Origin: Bacteroidota bacterium
GTDB taxonomy: Bacteria > Bacteroidota > Bacteroidia > Chitinophagales > Chitinophagaceae
NCBI GenBank assembly: GCA_041156925.1
Contig: JBEBDP010000011.1
Coordinates: forward strand, 1 to 57,111
Direction: 5' to 3'
DNA: 57,111 nt
Below, piece after piece: positions 30,207-39,790 of the stretch (position 1 is its first letter; every line of letters starts with the position of its first letter). A program made the translations under genes and the position numbers. The notes beneath the pieces are model-generated. The model saw nothing but the letters and a program-made list of their open reading frames with translations. It was not told where the DNA came from and ran no database searches.

Positions 30207-30281
30207 GCTGTCAAGTTAAGGATAAAATCAATTCAGCATACATTTTGATTGATATGATGTATTATTGAGTAAATTTTGATT

Positions 30282-30941
30282 ATGCTTACCACGACTGCCA
30301 TTTTTGATATGGATGGATTGTTAATTGACTCTGAACCATTGTGGTATGAAGCAGCCTTAGAGAGTTTAGCTAAATTCAAGATCCACATTAACCACCAAGA
30401 ATACTACTCTTCTACAGGATTAAGGACCAAAGAGTTTCTAGAATATTGGTTGGGGAAATTCAATGTTGATCTTTCTCACATAGCGGAAACGGAATTAGAC
30501 ATTACCAAAAGAGTAATCAATAAAGTTTTTGAAAAAGGAGAAATGATGCCTGGTGTAAAAAGCGCAATTCAACTTGCTCAACAACATCAACTAAAAATTG
30601 GATTAGCCAGCTCTTCACCTTTGTCTTTAATAAATGCAGTATTAGAAAAAACACAACTTGCAGATATGTTTACTGTTACATGTTCTGCTGAACACCTTCC
30701 CTATGGCAAACCACATCCACAAGTATTTATTGATTGCGCTAATGCTTTGGAGAGTAAACCTATTGAATGTATTTGTTTTGAAGATTCTTTCAATGGACTG
30801 TTAGCTGCAAAAGCAGCAAGAATGAAATGCATAGTCGTTCCACATCCTGAGCAATTGCACGCAGAGAAATGGAATATTGCAGAACTAAAGCTATCAAGCT
30901 TAAACGACCTGCAGACTGAAAACTTTAGTGCACTGTTGTAG
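30282..30941 (+). CDS. hxpB: HAD-family sugar phosphatase (HxpB/YniC-like)
   Basis: IFDMDGLLIDSEP, LASSS, GKPHP, FEDS.NG. Confidence 0.8.
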   Translation: MLTTTAIFDMDGLLIDSEPLWYEAALESLAKFKIHINHQEYYSSTGLRTKEFLEYWLGKFNVDLSHIAETELDITKRVINKVFEKGEMMPGVKSAIQLAQQHQLKIGLASSSPLSLINAVLEKTQLADMFTVTCSAEHLPYGKPHPQVFIDCANALESKPIECICFEDSFNGLLAAKAARMKCIVVPHPEQLHAEKWNIAELKLSSLNDLQTENFSALL

Positions 30942-30944
30942 CAT

Positions 30945-30974
30945 AAAAAAAGCCCCAATAAAAATTGGGGCTTT
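30945..30974. terminator. Intrinsic terminator between convergent HAD gene and rpsA (stronger on minus, for rpsA)
   Basis: AAAGCCCCAAT-AAAA-ATTGGGGCTTT with an A7 run on the left side. Confidence 0.88.
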
Positions 30975-30994
30975 GTATTTTATGAAAGAGGTGA

Positions 30995-32803
30995 TTACTC
31001 TCCGCCTTCCATTTTCTTTTTAAGTTCAGCAAGTACGCCAAGATCTCCAAGTGTTGATTTCTCAACCTTGTTTTGAATGTCCTTCACAGCCTTTTTAGTT
31101 TTAGCTGCGTCAGCTTTCTTCTCTTTAACTACTGCTTCTTTTTCTTCAGCAATCACTTGCTCCCAGATACGTGCATGACTCAACACGATTCTCTTTTCGT
31201 TACGATCAAATTCAATCACAACAAATTGAGCAGTTTCATCAGCGCCAACTGTTTTACCATCTTCTTTTGCAAGATGACGAGCAGGTGCGAAACCTTCAAG
31301 ACCGTAAGGCAACTGTACTACAGCACCTTTATCGTCTTTCTTAATCACAGTTCCCTCATGTGTAGAACCGATTGCGAAAGTTTCTTGAAGTGCATTCCAA
31401 GGATCTTCTTCTAACTGCTTGTGTCCAAGCTGTAGCTTTCTGTTTTCCTTGTCGATGTTCAAAATCATCACATCAATCTGGCTACCAGACTTAGTGAACT
31501 CAGAAGGATGGTTGAAACGCTTCAACCAGCTAAGATCACTGATGTGGATCATACCACCGATACCAGGCTGTAATTCAACAAATACGCCATATGGAGTAAT
31601 GTTCTTCACAAGACCCAAGTGACGGCTGCCAACTGGGAATTTGTCTTCAATTTCACTCCATGGATCTGAAGAAAGTTGCTTGATAGAAAGACTCATCTTT
31701 CTGCTATCCTTGTCTAAAGTAACAACCTTAGCTTCGTATTCATCACCTAACTTGAAGAACTCTTTTGCATTAACAGGAGTATTAGCCCATGTAATTTCAC
31801 TTACGTGAACTAGACCTTCAACACCAGGAGTAATTTCCAAGAAAGCTCCGTAATCTTCAATATTTACAACCTTACCTTTTACGTTTGCACCTTCAACGAT
31901 GTCAGTTGAAAGAGTATCCCAAGGATGAGCAGTCAACTGCTTCAAACCTAGGCTGATTCTTCTCTTCTCATCATCGAAATCAAGTACAACCACATTCAAC
32001 TTTTGGTCGAGTTTCAACACCTCTGCAGGGTGGTTGATTCTTCCCCAACTGATATCTGTGATATAAAGCAAACCATCTACGCCACCAAGATCAAGGAATG
32101 CTCCAAAATCAGTGATGTTTTTGATGGTACCTTCAAGCACCTGACCTTTCTCCAATTTACCCATGATTTCAGCACGCTGCGCTTCAATGTCGCTTTCAAT
32201 AAGCGCTTTGTGAGACACAACCGCGTTCTTGATCATTTCATTGATCTTAACAACTTTGAACTCCATGGTCTTACCAACAAACTGATCGTAATCAGTTACA
32301 GGCTTAACGTCAATTTGTGAACCTGGCAAGAAAGTCTCCATACCAAGAATGTCCACAATAAGACCACCTTTTGTTTTGCTGGTAACATAACCAGTAACCA
32401 CTTCACCAGTCTTGTGCATTTCAACGATACGCTCCCATGCACGTGTGATACGCGCCTGCTTGCGGCTCAAATGCAAATGACCTTCCCTGTCTTCTTTCTC
32501 CACAACCATTACTTCCACAACATCACCAGTTTTCAAACCTTGAAGATCTCTGAATTCGTTCAACGAAACAAGACCATCACTTTTGAAACCAATGTTAATC
32601 ACTACGTCGGTTTTGGTAAGGCCTACTACAGTACCATGTACCATTTCACCGTCGGTGATTTGTTTGAATGTGCCTTCATAAGCGGCATCAAATTGCTTCT
32701 GCTCCTCGCTGTTGTAGCGGGATACATTACGTTTGTCTACGCTCCAATCGAAATCATCGTGTGCGCTGACTGCTGGGCTGTTTAGTGTTTTGTTTTCTTC
32801 CAC
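30995..32803 (-). CDS. rpsA: 30S ribosomal protein bS1
   Basis: Six S1/OB repeats (FLPGSQID, DFGAF.DLGGVDGLL, RISLGLKQL) and the Bacteroidota N-terminal DFDW; GTG start. Confidence 0.98.
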   Translation of the reverse strand: MEENKTLNSPAVSAHDDFDWSVDKRNVSRYNSEEQKQFDAAYEGTFKQITDGEMVHGTVVGLTKTDVVINIGFKSDGLVSLNEFRDLQGLKTGDVVEVMVVEKEDREGHLHLSRKQARITRAWERIVEMHKTGEVVTGYVTSKTKGGLIVDILGMETFLPGSQIDVKPVTDYDQFVGKTMEFKVVKINEMIKNAVVSHKALIESDIEAQRAEIMGKLEKGQVLEGTIKNITDFGAFLDLGGVDGLLYITDISWGRINHPAEVLKLDQKLNVVVLDFDDEKRRISLGLKQLTAHPWDTLSTDIVEGANVKGKVVNIEDYGAFLEITPGVEGLVHVSEITWANTPVNAKEFFKLGDEYEAKVVTLDKDSRKMSLSIKQLSSDPWSEIEDKFPVGSRHLGLVKNITPYGVFVELQPGIGGMIHISDLSWLKRFNHPSEFTKSGSQIDVMILNIDKENRKLQLGHKQLEEDPWNALQETFAIGSTHEGTVIKKDDKGAVVQLPYGLEGFAPARHLAKEDGKTVGADETAQFVVIEFDRNEKRIVLSHARIWEQVIAEEKEAVVKEKKADAAKTKKAVKDIQNKVEKSTLGDLGVLAELKKKMEGGE

Positions 32804-32812
32804 TATTATTGT

Positions 32813-32820
32813 CCTCCTTT
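32813..32820 (-). promoter_or_regulatory. Strong Shine-Dalgarno AAAGGAGG of rpsA
   Basis: Plus-strand CCTCCTTT, 9 nt before the GTG. Confidence 0.8.
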
Positions 32821-32863
32821 TGTTTGTATTTCAAGCTGTTTTGTCAGCCTGATTTGGGGACGG

Positions 32864-32871
32864 CAAAGGTA
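32864..32871 (-). promoter_or_regulatory. rpsA promoter -7 element TACCTTTG
   Basis: Lies in CTACCTTTGCCGTCCC, a 16-mer also found upstream of rpsL. Confidence 0.75.
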
Positions 32872-32967
32872 GCGCAAATACTGATTCCTTGCCAGAAAAA
32901 AGGGGGATTTTTGGCTTAAAAACCAGGCAAAAACCTTGATTTTAGCTCGAAAAAGACCAAAGGGTCC

Positions 32968-34254
32968 CTAAACGGCCATTTTTTTAAGGGCTGAAGCGAG
33001 TTTATCGAGGTCTTTTAAGGAGGTATACACGTTGGGTGTAACCCTAACCCCATGAATATTTTCCCAATTGATTGCTACCGTATGGATCTTGTGCTTATTA
33101 AACAACTCACCTGATATTTCTTCGGGCTTCTTGCCTTCAATGGCAACACTTGCAATGGCACAAGCAAGAGAAGGCGACTTAGGTTGATTAAAACTGACTT
33201 TTGGTAAGTGCTTGATTTGATCTACCCAATAGTCTTTTAAAAACCTCAAACGTTCTTCTTTGCGTTTGTTTCCCATCACATCATGAAAATCAACTGCTGC
33301 TCCTATAGCCATCTCTGATGCAAATGATCTTGTTCCCAATGATTCAAATTTTCGAATGTCTGTTCCGTCTGGTTCATTGTTAGAAAGCAATGCCCACACA
33401 TTTTTAATTTTATCTTTCTTGATATACAACAACCCACTTCCAAAAGGAGCACTCAACCATTTGTGTAAAGACGCAGCATAATAATCACATCCTAAATCAG
33501 GAATTTTAAAATCAAAATGTGCTAAGGTATGAGCCCCATCAGCAATCACTTCAATTCCTCTAGCATGTGCTGCATCTGCAATTTTTCTAACCGGCATAAT
33601 CTGACCAGTCCAGTTGATCAGATGTGTAACCATCACAACTTTAGTCTTGGCAGTAAATGCTTTGGTATAAAATGCTGCAATTTCATCTTCATTCTCCATC
33701 GGCAATGGAAGATCTAACCAAACCAACTTGATACCATCTCTTTTTTCACGCTGCTTCCATGCATTGATCATGTTAGGATAATCTTGCTTGGTCAACACCA
33801 CCTCATCACCTGCTTTTAAATTCAATCCAAAAATCACAGTATTCAAACCCTCTGTGGAATTTCTGTTTATTGCAACTTCTTCTTTATCACAACCACATAG
33901 CAAAGCAAGCTTTTCCCTCAAAGGTTCTCTACCTTGATCAAGTATTTGCCACATGTAATAAGATGGCGCTTCATTTGCATATTGGTAATAACGAATATGC
34001 GCATCTTGCACTACTTTGGGTTGTGGTGCAACACCTCCATTGTTAAGGTTGATGATATTCGGGCTCACCGTATACGCTTCACGAATCCATGCCCAAAAAT
34101 CTTCATCATTCATTTGAGCTGGTGAAGCATCCACAGCTTTTTTAATTTCTTCGGCTGATTTTCCAAACGCAGGATTGGCTGCATACAAAAAAGGCAATGT
34201 GGTTGCAGCACCTGAAAAAAGACGAATAAAATTTCTGCGGGTATTGTTAGACAT
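32968..34254 (-). CDS. Aminotransferase class V PLP enzyme with Tat signal (isopenicillin N epimerase/selenocysteine lyase-like)
   Basis: N-terminal TRRNFI twin-arginine motif; LNNGG, DGAH, SLHKW (PLP Lys), GTR. Confidence 0.85.
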   Translation of the reverse strand: MSNNTRRNFIRLFSGAATTLPFLYAANPAFGKSAEEIKKAVDASPAQMNDEDFWAWIREAYTVSPNIINLNNGGVAPQPKVVQDAHIRYYQYANEAPSYYMWQILDQGREPLREKLALLCGCDKEEVAINRNSTEGLNTVIFGLNLKAGDEVVLTKQDYPNMINAWKQREKRDGIKLVWLDLPLPMENEDEIAAFYTKAFTAKTKVVMVTHLINWTGQIMPVRKIADAAHARGIEVIADGAHTLAHFDFKIPDLGCDYYAASLHKWLSAPFGSGLLYIKKDKIKNVWALLSNNEPDGTDIRKFESLGTRSFASEMAIGAAVDFHDVMGNKRKEERLRFLKDYWVDQIKHLPKVSFNQPKSPSLACAIASVAIEGKKPEEISGELFNKHKIHTVAINWENIHGVRVTPNVYTSLKDLDKLASALKKMAV

Positions 34255-34276
34255 GTTGCAAGCGTTGGTTGTACTC

Positions 34277-35506
34277 CTAAGTTATGGAATTCGCAACAAT
34301 CCACCCACTGGTCCATGCATGCTGAAAATTATACCCCCCTGTTATACCATCCACATCCATCACTTCACCAGCGAAGTAGAGGCCTTTGATTTTTTTACTT
34401 TCCATCGTATTGGCATCAATTTCTTGTAGGGAAATACCACCTGCTGTCACAAACTCCTCTTTAAAGGTTGTCTTGCCTTTCGCTTGATAAAGATCATTGC
34501 AAAGTGTTTTAGAAAGCGCAACCAATTGCACATGTGTTAATTCACCCCAATGCGTTGCTGCATCAATACCAGACCTCTGTAAGAGATAAACCCATAAACG
34601 TGATACTATACCGGACAATGGCTTAGAACTGACCAAACCTTTTGTAAACTGTTTAGCTGATTTCAAATAATCCAAGGCTGCACTTTCATGGTACTCAGGG
34701 AACCAATTGACAACAACATCAAATGTATATTCAAGCTCATGCAATTCACGGGCACAACGAGAAGATAATTTTAAAACAGCTGGGCCACTTAAACCCCAAT
34801 GGGTAATCAAGACCGGACCTTCTTCAGCGGCTTTCAATACAGGTATTTTCACTACTGCATGCTTAACTGCGATGCCCATCAATTCATGAAGACGTTTATC
34901 CGGAATATTAAAAGTAAACAGAGAAGGAACCGGTGTTGAAACTGTATGCCCTAATGCAGTCAGCCAATCGAATCCCGACAACTTTGGATACCCCCCTGTT
35001 GCTACAACAACAACATCAGCCGTCAGTTTTTCTTCCCCGCCATTTTCCTTTTTGATGTTCAACTCAAACTGCGTGTTGTTGTGATGAATTACAGCAACAT
35101 CTGTATTTGTTTTAATAGTTACATTGTATTGTTCTGCCTCACGAAGCAAGCAATCGATAACTGTTTGTGAACTATTGGTTACCGGGAACAAACGACCATC
35201 TTCTTCTACTTTTAACTTCACCCCTCTTTCTTCGAACCATTGTACTGTGTCGTTGGGTGAAAAATGATGCAATGTTTTCTTCAATAAACGTATACCTCTT
35301 GGATACGCATGTAACATGTCTGCAACCTCATCTGATTGATGTGTAACATTGCATCTGCCTCCACCACTCACTTTTACTTTTGAAAGCAATTTTGAAGACT
35401 TCTCCAACAGCATTACCTCAAGATGTGGATGCAATCTTGCCGCATTCACTGCGCAAAAAAAACCTGATGCACCTCCACCAATAACAATTAGTTTTTTACG
35501 CATCAT
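34277..35506 (-). CDS. HI0933/BaiN-family FAD-dependent oxidoreductase
   Basis: IGGGASG, KVKVSGGGRCNVT, ITHWGLSGPA, TAGGI, GEVMDVDGITGGYNFQ. Start at 35506 or 35503 overlaps the upstream stop. Confidence 0.93.
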   Translation of the reverse strand: MMRKKLIVIGGGASGFFCAVNAARLHPHLEVMLLEKSSKLLSKVKVSGGGRCNVTHQSDEVADMLHAYPRGIRLLKKTLHHFSPNDTVQWFEERGVKLKVEEDGRLFPVTNSSQTVIDCLLREAEQYNVTIKTNTDVAVIHHNNTQFELNIKKENGGEEKLTADVVVVATGGYPKLSGFDWLTALGHTVSTPVPSLFTFNIPDKRLHELMGIAVKHAVVKIPVLKAAEEGPVLITHWGLSGPAVLKLSSRCARELHELEYTFDVVVNWFPEYHESAALDYLKSAKQFTKGLVSSKPLSGIVSRLWVYLLQRSGIDAATHWGELTHVQLVALSKTLCNDLYQAKGKTTFKEEFVTAGGISLQEIDANTMESKKIKGLYFAGEVMDVDGITGGYNFQHAWTSGWIVANSIT

Positions 35507-37026
35507 TTTCCAAGCAACATGATTGATGCAAAAATTTCTAACCCATCCCAAAGGTTTTGAATTCGGATATTTTCATTTTCAGCATGCTGATTATTATCGT
35601 AATTAGCAATTGGAATGGTAACGGGCTGGGCTTTCATTTTTTGTTCAAAGATGAACAAGGGTAAACTTCCTCCTAACGTTGGCATTTGAATGGGAAACTC
35701 TGGTAGTGCAGCAGCAACTGCTTTTACAACACGCTGGGCCATTGCATTGTCCAACGGAGTCTTTTGAGCATTATACCCATCAGAACGTTTCACCATACAA
35801 ATTTTATCATGGTCAGCACGCTCTTGATCAGTTGGTTCCTTGTCGGTTACATAAAAGCCAACCGACTTAATATGGTCAATTACTTTTTGTTGTTGTCTTT
35901 CCCAATCATTACCTGCCACTAATCTTAAATCAATTGAGGCAATAGCTTTTGTGGGAATAACATTAGCAGATTGCTTACCAACACCAGCACTTTGAATACC
36001 ATTGATATTGAGTGAAGGAAGATTAAGCGTTTCATTCAAAGGTGATGCTCTTTCTGGTTTGCGGATTCCTAAATCTTTTTTCAATTGCTCTTCTACCGAT
36101 GGCACTTTTGCAAGAGCAGCTTTCTCAGCATCACTTAATGGAATAACATCATCATAAAATCCCTTGATGGTTACTTCTCCTTTTTCATTCTTCATACTTG
36201 CCAGCAAACGTGCTAATTCCATGGCTGGATTGGGCACCCAGTTACCATAATGCCCAGAGTGTAATGGGCGTTTGGGACCGAAAACAGTTAATTCCAAATG
36301 CGTATCTCCTCTTACACCAAAGACTACTTGTTTTTTTCCTGACTGGTGGACAGGACCATCGCATATCACCCAAAGATCTGCTGCTAAAAGTGTTTTATAC
36401 TGATCAAAAATTTCAGGAAGATGTGTTGAGCCGGCCTCTTCTTCGCCCTCAAAGAAAAACTTAATATTTACAGTGGGACTGATCCCTTTCGCTTTCAATG
36501 CAGCATAAGCGTTGATGATGGAAAACACTCCTGCTTTATCATCTGATGTTCCTCTTCCATATATTCTCCAATCACCATCAAATGTTTGTTGAGCACTTGG
36601 CCATGCGATGAGATTTGCTCCATTGGCTAAAGAACCAGTGGCCAATTGTGGTCTGAATGGATGTAACCCTGGCAACCATTTGCTAGAATCAACAGGCTGA
36701 CCATCATAGTGCGCATATAGAATTATTGTCTCTTTTGCACCAGGTGTTTTTACTTCGCCATATACTGCAGGTGGCTTGTCTTTTGTTGTTGGATGCAGTA
36801 ATTGAATATTTTGAATACCTGCGTCTTTCATGTAAGCCATGATCCAGTTTGCATTCAATCTGATATTATCAATATCAGTTGCGATGTTGGGGATACTCAA
36901 AAAACTACGGTAAGCATCAAGCAATACATGTTCATTTTGCTTTCTGTGTTCACGTACTTTGAGAACAGCAGCTGATTGAGCTAAACCGATAGTAGGCAGC
37001 AGTAAAAAAAACAGAAATTTTCTCAT
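35503..37026 (-). CDS. M20/M25/M40 metallopeptidase with signal peptide
   Basis: YAHYDGQP, GRGTSDDK, EGEEEAGS, LHSGHYG, NQHAENEN. Confidence 0.9.
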   Translation of the reverse strand: MRKFLFFLLLPTIGLAQSAAVLKVREHRKQNEHVLLDAYRSFLSIPNIATDIDNIRLNANWIMAYMKDAGIQNIQLLHPTTKDKPPAVYGEVKTPGAKETIILYAHYDGQPVDSSKWLPGLHPFRPQLATGSLANGANLIAWPSAQQTFDGDWRIYGRGTSDDKAGVFSIINAYAALKAKGISPTVNIKFFFEGEEEAGSTHLPEIFDQYKTLLAADLWVICDGPVHQSGKKQVVFGVRGDTHLELTVFGPKRPLHSGHYGNWVPNPAMELARLLASMKNEKGEVTIKGFYDDVIPLSDAEKAALAKVPSVEEQLKKDLGIRKPERASPLNETLNLPSLNINGIQSAGVGKQSANVIPTKAIASIDLRLVAGNDWERQQQKVIDHIKSVGFYVTDKEPTDQERADHDKICMVKRSDGYNAQKTPLDNAMAQRVVKAVAAALPEFPIQMPTLGGSLPLFIFEQKMKAQPVTIPIANYDNNQHAENENIRIQNLWDGLEIFASIMLLGK

Positions 37027-37068
37027 CGGATAAAGTTAATATTTCCGATGGAAGTAGTTTAGAAAAGA

Positions 37069-37869
37069 TCAGTAATCACTGAATAAAAGCGAATTACTTT
37101 TTTCGTTCTTAATAATTTCATCAAAGCTGGAGAGAATATCCACTTTGCCGCGTTTTACGCAAACATCATGTTCGTAGTGCGCTGAAAATTTACCATCTTT
37201 TGTACGGACCGTCCATCCGTCGGCATCATAGATTACATCTCTTGTGCCTACATTGGTCATAGGTTCAATAGCCAAAACCATGTTTTCGCGCAACTTAGGA
37301 CCAGTACCTTTTTTACCATAATTTGGCACCTGCGGATCTTCGTGCAATTGTTTGTCGAGTCCATGACCTACCAGTTCTCTCACCACACCAAAATGGTGTT
37401 TTCTTTCTGTAAAATCTTGGATGGCGAATGAAATGTCACCAATGCGGTTTCCAGCTATTGCTTTTTCAACACCCAAATAAAGAGATTCACGGGTCACTTT
37501 CATCAACAATTGATGCTCTTCTAAGACTGGCGCAAGCCCGAATGTATATGCGCTATCCCCATGAAACCCATTTTTATAAACGCCGACATCGATAGAAACC
37601 AAATCACCTTCTTTCAAAGGTTTATCATTAGGGAATCCATGAACTACAGCATCATTTACGGAGATGCAAGTTGCAAAAGGATAGCCTCGGTAATTTTTAA
37701 ATGAAGGGACAGCCTGATGATCATGAATAAACTCTTCTGCGCGTTTATCGAGCATCGCCGTAGTGATGCCAGGCTTGAGCATGGTTGCTAACGCTGCAAG
37801 CGTGCTACTCACCAGGAGTGCACTTTCACGCATCAGTTCAACTTCCGCGTTGGTCTTGATCCGGATCAT
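37069..37869 (-). CDS. map: Methionine aminopeptidase type I
   Basis: CISVND.VVHG.P, IDVG, GFHGDSA, GHG..LHEDP, EPM, AHYEH. Confidence 0.96.
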   Translation of the reverse strand: MIRIKTNAEVELMRESALLVSSTLAALATMLKPGITTAMLDKRAEEFIHDHQAVPSFKNYRGYPFATCISVNDAVVHGFPNDKPLKEGDLVSIDVGVYKNGFHGDSAYTFGLAPVLEEHQLLMKVTRESLYLGVEKAIAGNRIGDISFAIQDFTERKHHFGVVRELVGHGLDKQLHEDPQVPNYGKKGTGPKLRENMVLAIEPMTNVGTRDVIYDADGWTVRTKDGKFSAHYEHDVCVKRGKVDILSSFDEIIKNEKSNSLLFSDY

Positions 37870-37870
37870 C

Positions 37871-39205
37871 TTAGATAGATGGAGATGTTGCTGTCTGTCT
37901 ACCTTGAATTCTTCCGCCTGACATTAAACCATCATATTGACGCATCAAAAGATGTGTTTCAATTTGCTGGAGTGTGTCTAGAATTACACCAACCATGATG
38001 AGCAATGAAGTACCTCCGAAGAAAGAAGCAAATGATTGCGTTACACCAAATTGTTGTGCAATACCAGGAAGAATACCAATAATAGCAAGGAAGATGGCAC
38101 CAGGCAATGTAATGCGATCCATTACTTGTCCGATATAATCAGCTGTAGGCTGACCAGGCTTAACCCCTGGGATGAAACCGTTGTTTTGTTTCAAACTATC
38201 GGCCATTTGTTTAGGGTTAAAGATCAATGCTGTATAAAGGAAGGTAAAGGCAATAACCATTACCACATAAATGAGCATGTACCAAATATTACTTGGATCA
38301 TTGAATATCCTAGCAATACCTTTTCCAGATTCAATATTGGTGAAAGAGAACAATGTAGGAAGGAACATGATCGCTTGAGCGAAAATGATTGGCATTACAC
38401 CAGATGCATTTACTTTAAGTGGCAAGAATTGTCTTGCACCACCTACTGTTCTGTTACCTACTAATTGTTTTGCATAACTGATAGGCACTTTTCTTACACC
38501 TTGAACGAGCAAGATAAGTCCCAATATAATTACAATCAAGAATGCGATTTCAATAAGGAACAACAAGAGTCCTCCGCCACCGCGAGTTTGCTTAGCAGCA
38601 AATTCACCTAGGAAAGATTGAGGAAGACGAGCAAGGATACCCACCATGATGATGATTGAAGTACCATTACCCAAACCTTTATCTTGAATTTTTTCACCCA
38701 ACCACATTACAAACAAAGTACCTGCAGTCAACACGATCACTGTAGACAACCAGAAGTATGGTTGATACGCTTCAATCAACGCATCTCTGCTTACATTTTT
38801 AAGGTAAGCTACGTATGCAGCTGCCTGGAAAATTGTAACGATAGCAGTGAGGTATCTTGTCCATTGGTTGATTTTCTTTCTACCGCTATCTCCTTCTTTT
38901 TGGATCTTTTGCATTTGTGGAACCAAGATGGTCATCAACTGCATGAAGATAGAAGCAGAGATATAAGGCATGATACCTAATGCGAAAATAGATGCATTTG
39001 AGAATGATCCACCTGCAAACGTATCAAACAAACCTAGCAAACCAGACTTTGCACTTTGCAAATCAAGTTTGTTAGGATCAATTCCTGGTAATGCTACATG
39101 CGCACCGAAACGGTATACGAGGATAAGCAAAAGGGTGATAGAAATCTTTGACTTCAGATCCTCAATACTCCAGATATTCTTAAGTGTTTGAATGAATTTC
39201 TTCAC
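37871..39205 (-). CDS. secY: Preprotein translocase SecY
   Basis: SIFALGIMPYISASI, MWLGE, GVMPIIFA, FIPGVKPG, GGTSLLI; GTG start. Confidence 0.98.
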   Translation of the reverse strand: MKKFIQTLKNIWSIEDLKSKISITLLLILVYRFGAHVALPGIDPNKLDLQSAKSGLLGLFDTFAGGSFSNASIFALGIMPYISASIFMQLMTILVPQMQKIQKEGDSGRKKINQWTRYLTAIVTIFQAAAYVAYLKNVSRDALIEAYQPYFWLSTVIVLTAGTLFVMWLGEKIQDKGLGNGTSIIIMVGILARLPQSFLGEFAAKQTRGGGGLLLFLIEIAFLIVIILGLILLVQGVRKVPISYAKQLVGNRTVGGARQFLPLKVNASGVMPIIFAQAIMFLPTLFSFTNIESGKGIARIFNDPSNIWYMLIYVVMVIAFTFLYTALIFNPKQMADSLKQNNGFIPGVKPGQPTADYIGQVMDRITLPGAIFLAIIGILPGIAQQFGVTQSFASFFGGTSLLIMVGVILDTLQQIETHLLMRQYDGLMSGGRIQGRQTATSPSI

Positions 39206-39257
39206 TGGAAACTTTTTTGTCCTTTATTCTTAACTGTTGACAGTTAAATATCGGAAA

Positions 39258-39707
39258 TTATTTGATGATTTCAACAGATCCGCCAGCTGCTTCAACAATT
39301 GACTTTGCTTTGTCGCTGATGGCATTAACTTTAAAGTTAACCTTAGAGGTGATTGCACCATTACCAAGGATTTTAACTTTATCAGTACGGCTTACCAAGC
39401 CATTGATGTACAAATTCTCCATGCTGAAATCAGATAGACCGTATTTCTCAACAAGTGATTCAACTTGACCGAGGTTGAATACTTTGTATTCTACTCTTCC
39501 TGCGTTTTTGAATCCAACTTTAGGGATACGTCTTTGAATTGGCATCTGACCACCTTCATGGCCACGCTTGGACTTATAACCTGCACGGCTTTGTCCACCT
39601 TTATTACCTTTTGTAGAAGTTCCACCATGTCCGGAAGCTTCACCACGACCAATTCTTTTTTCTTTCTTAGTTGCGCCTTTTGCGGGCCTTAAAGTGTGTA
39701 GTTTCAT
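39258..39707 (-). CDS. rplO: 50S ribosomal protein uL15
   Basis: RIGRGEASG.G.TS.KG.KG, EGGQMP; spc operon position. Confidence 0.97.
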   Translation of the reverse strand: MKLHTLRPAKGATKKEKRIGRGEASGHGGTSTKGNKGGQSRAGYKSKRGHEGGQMPIQRRIPKVGFKNAGRVEYKVFNLGQVESLVEKYGLSDFSMENLYINGLVSRTDKVKILGNGAITSKVNFKVNAISDKAKSIVEAAGGSVEIIK

Positions 39708-39790
39708 CTTTTGTTTTTTTACTCAACGCAGTCCCCTAAGACCACTCGTATATAAATTAATAGTTGGAATAAGACATGTAGGGAGATGCC

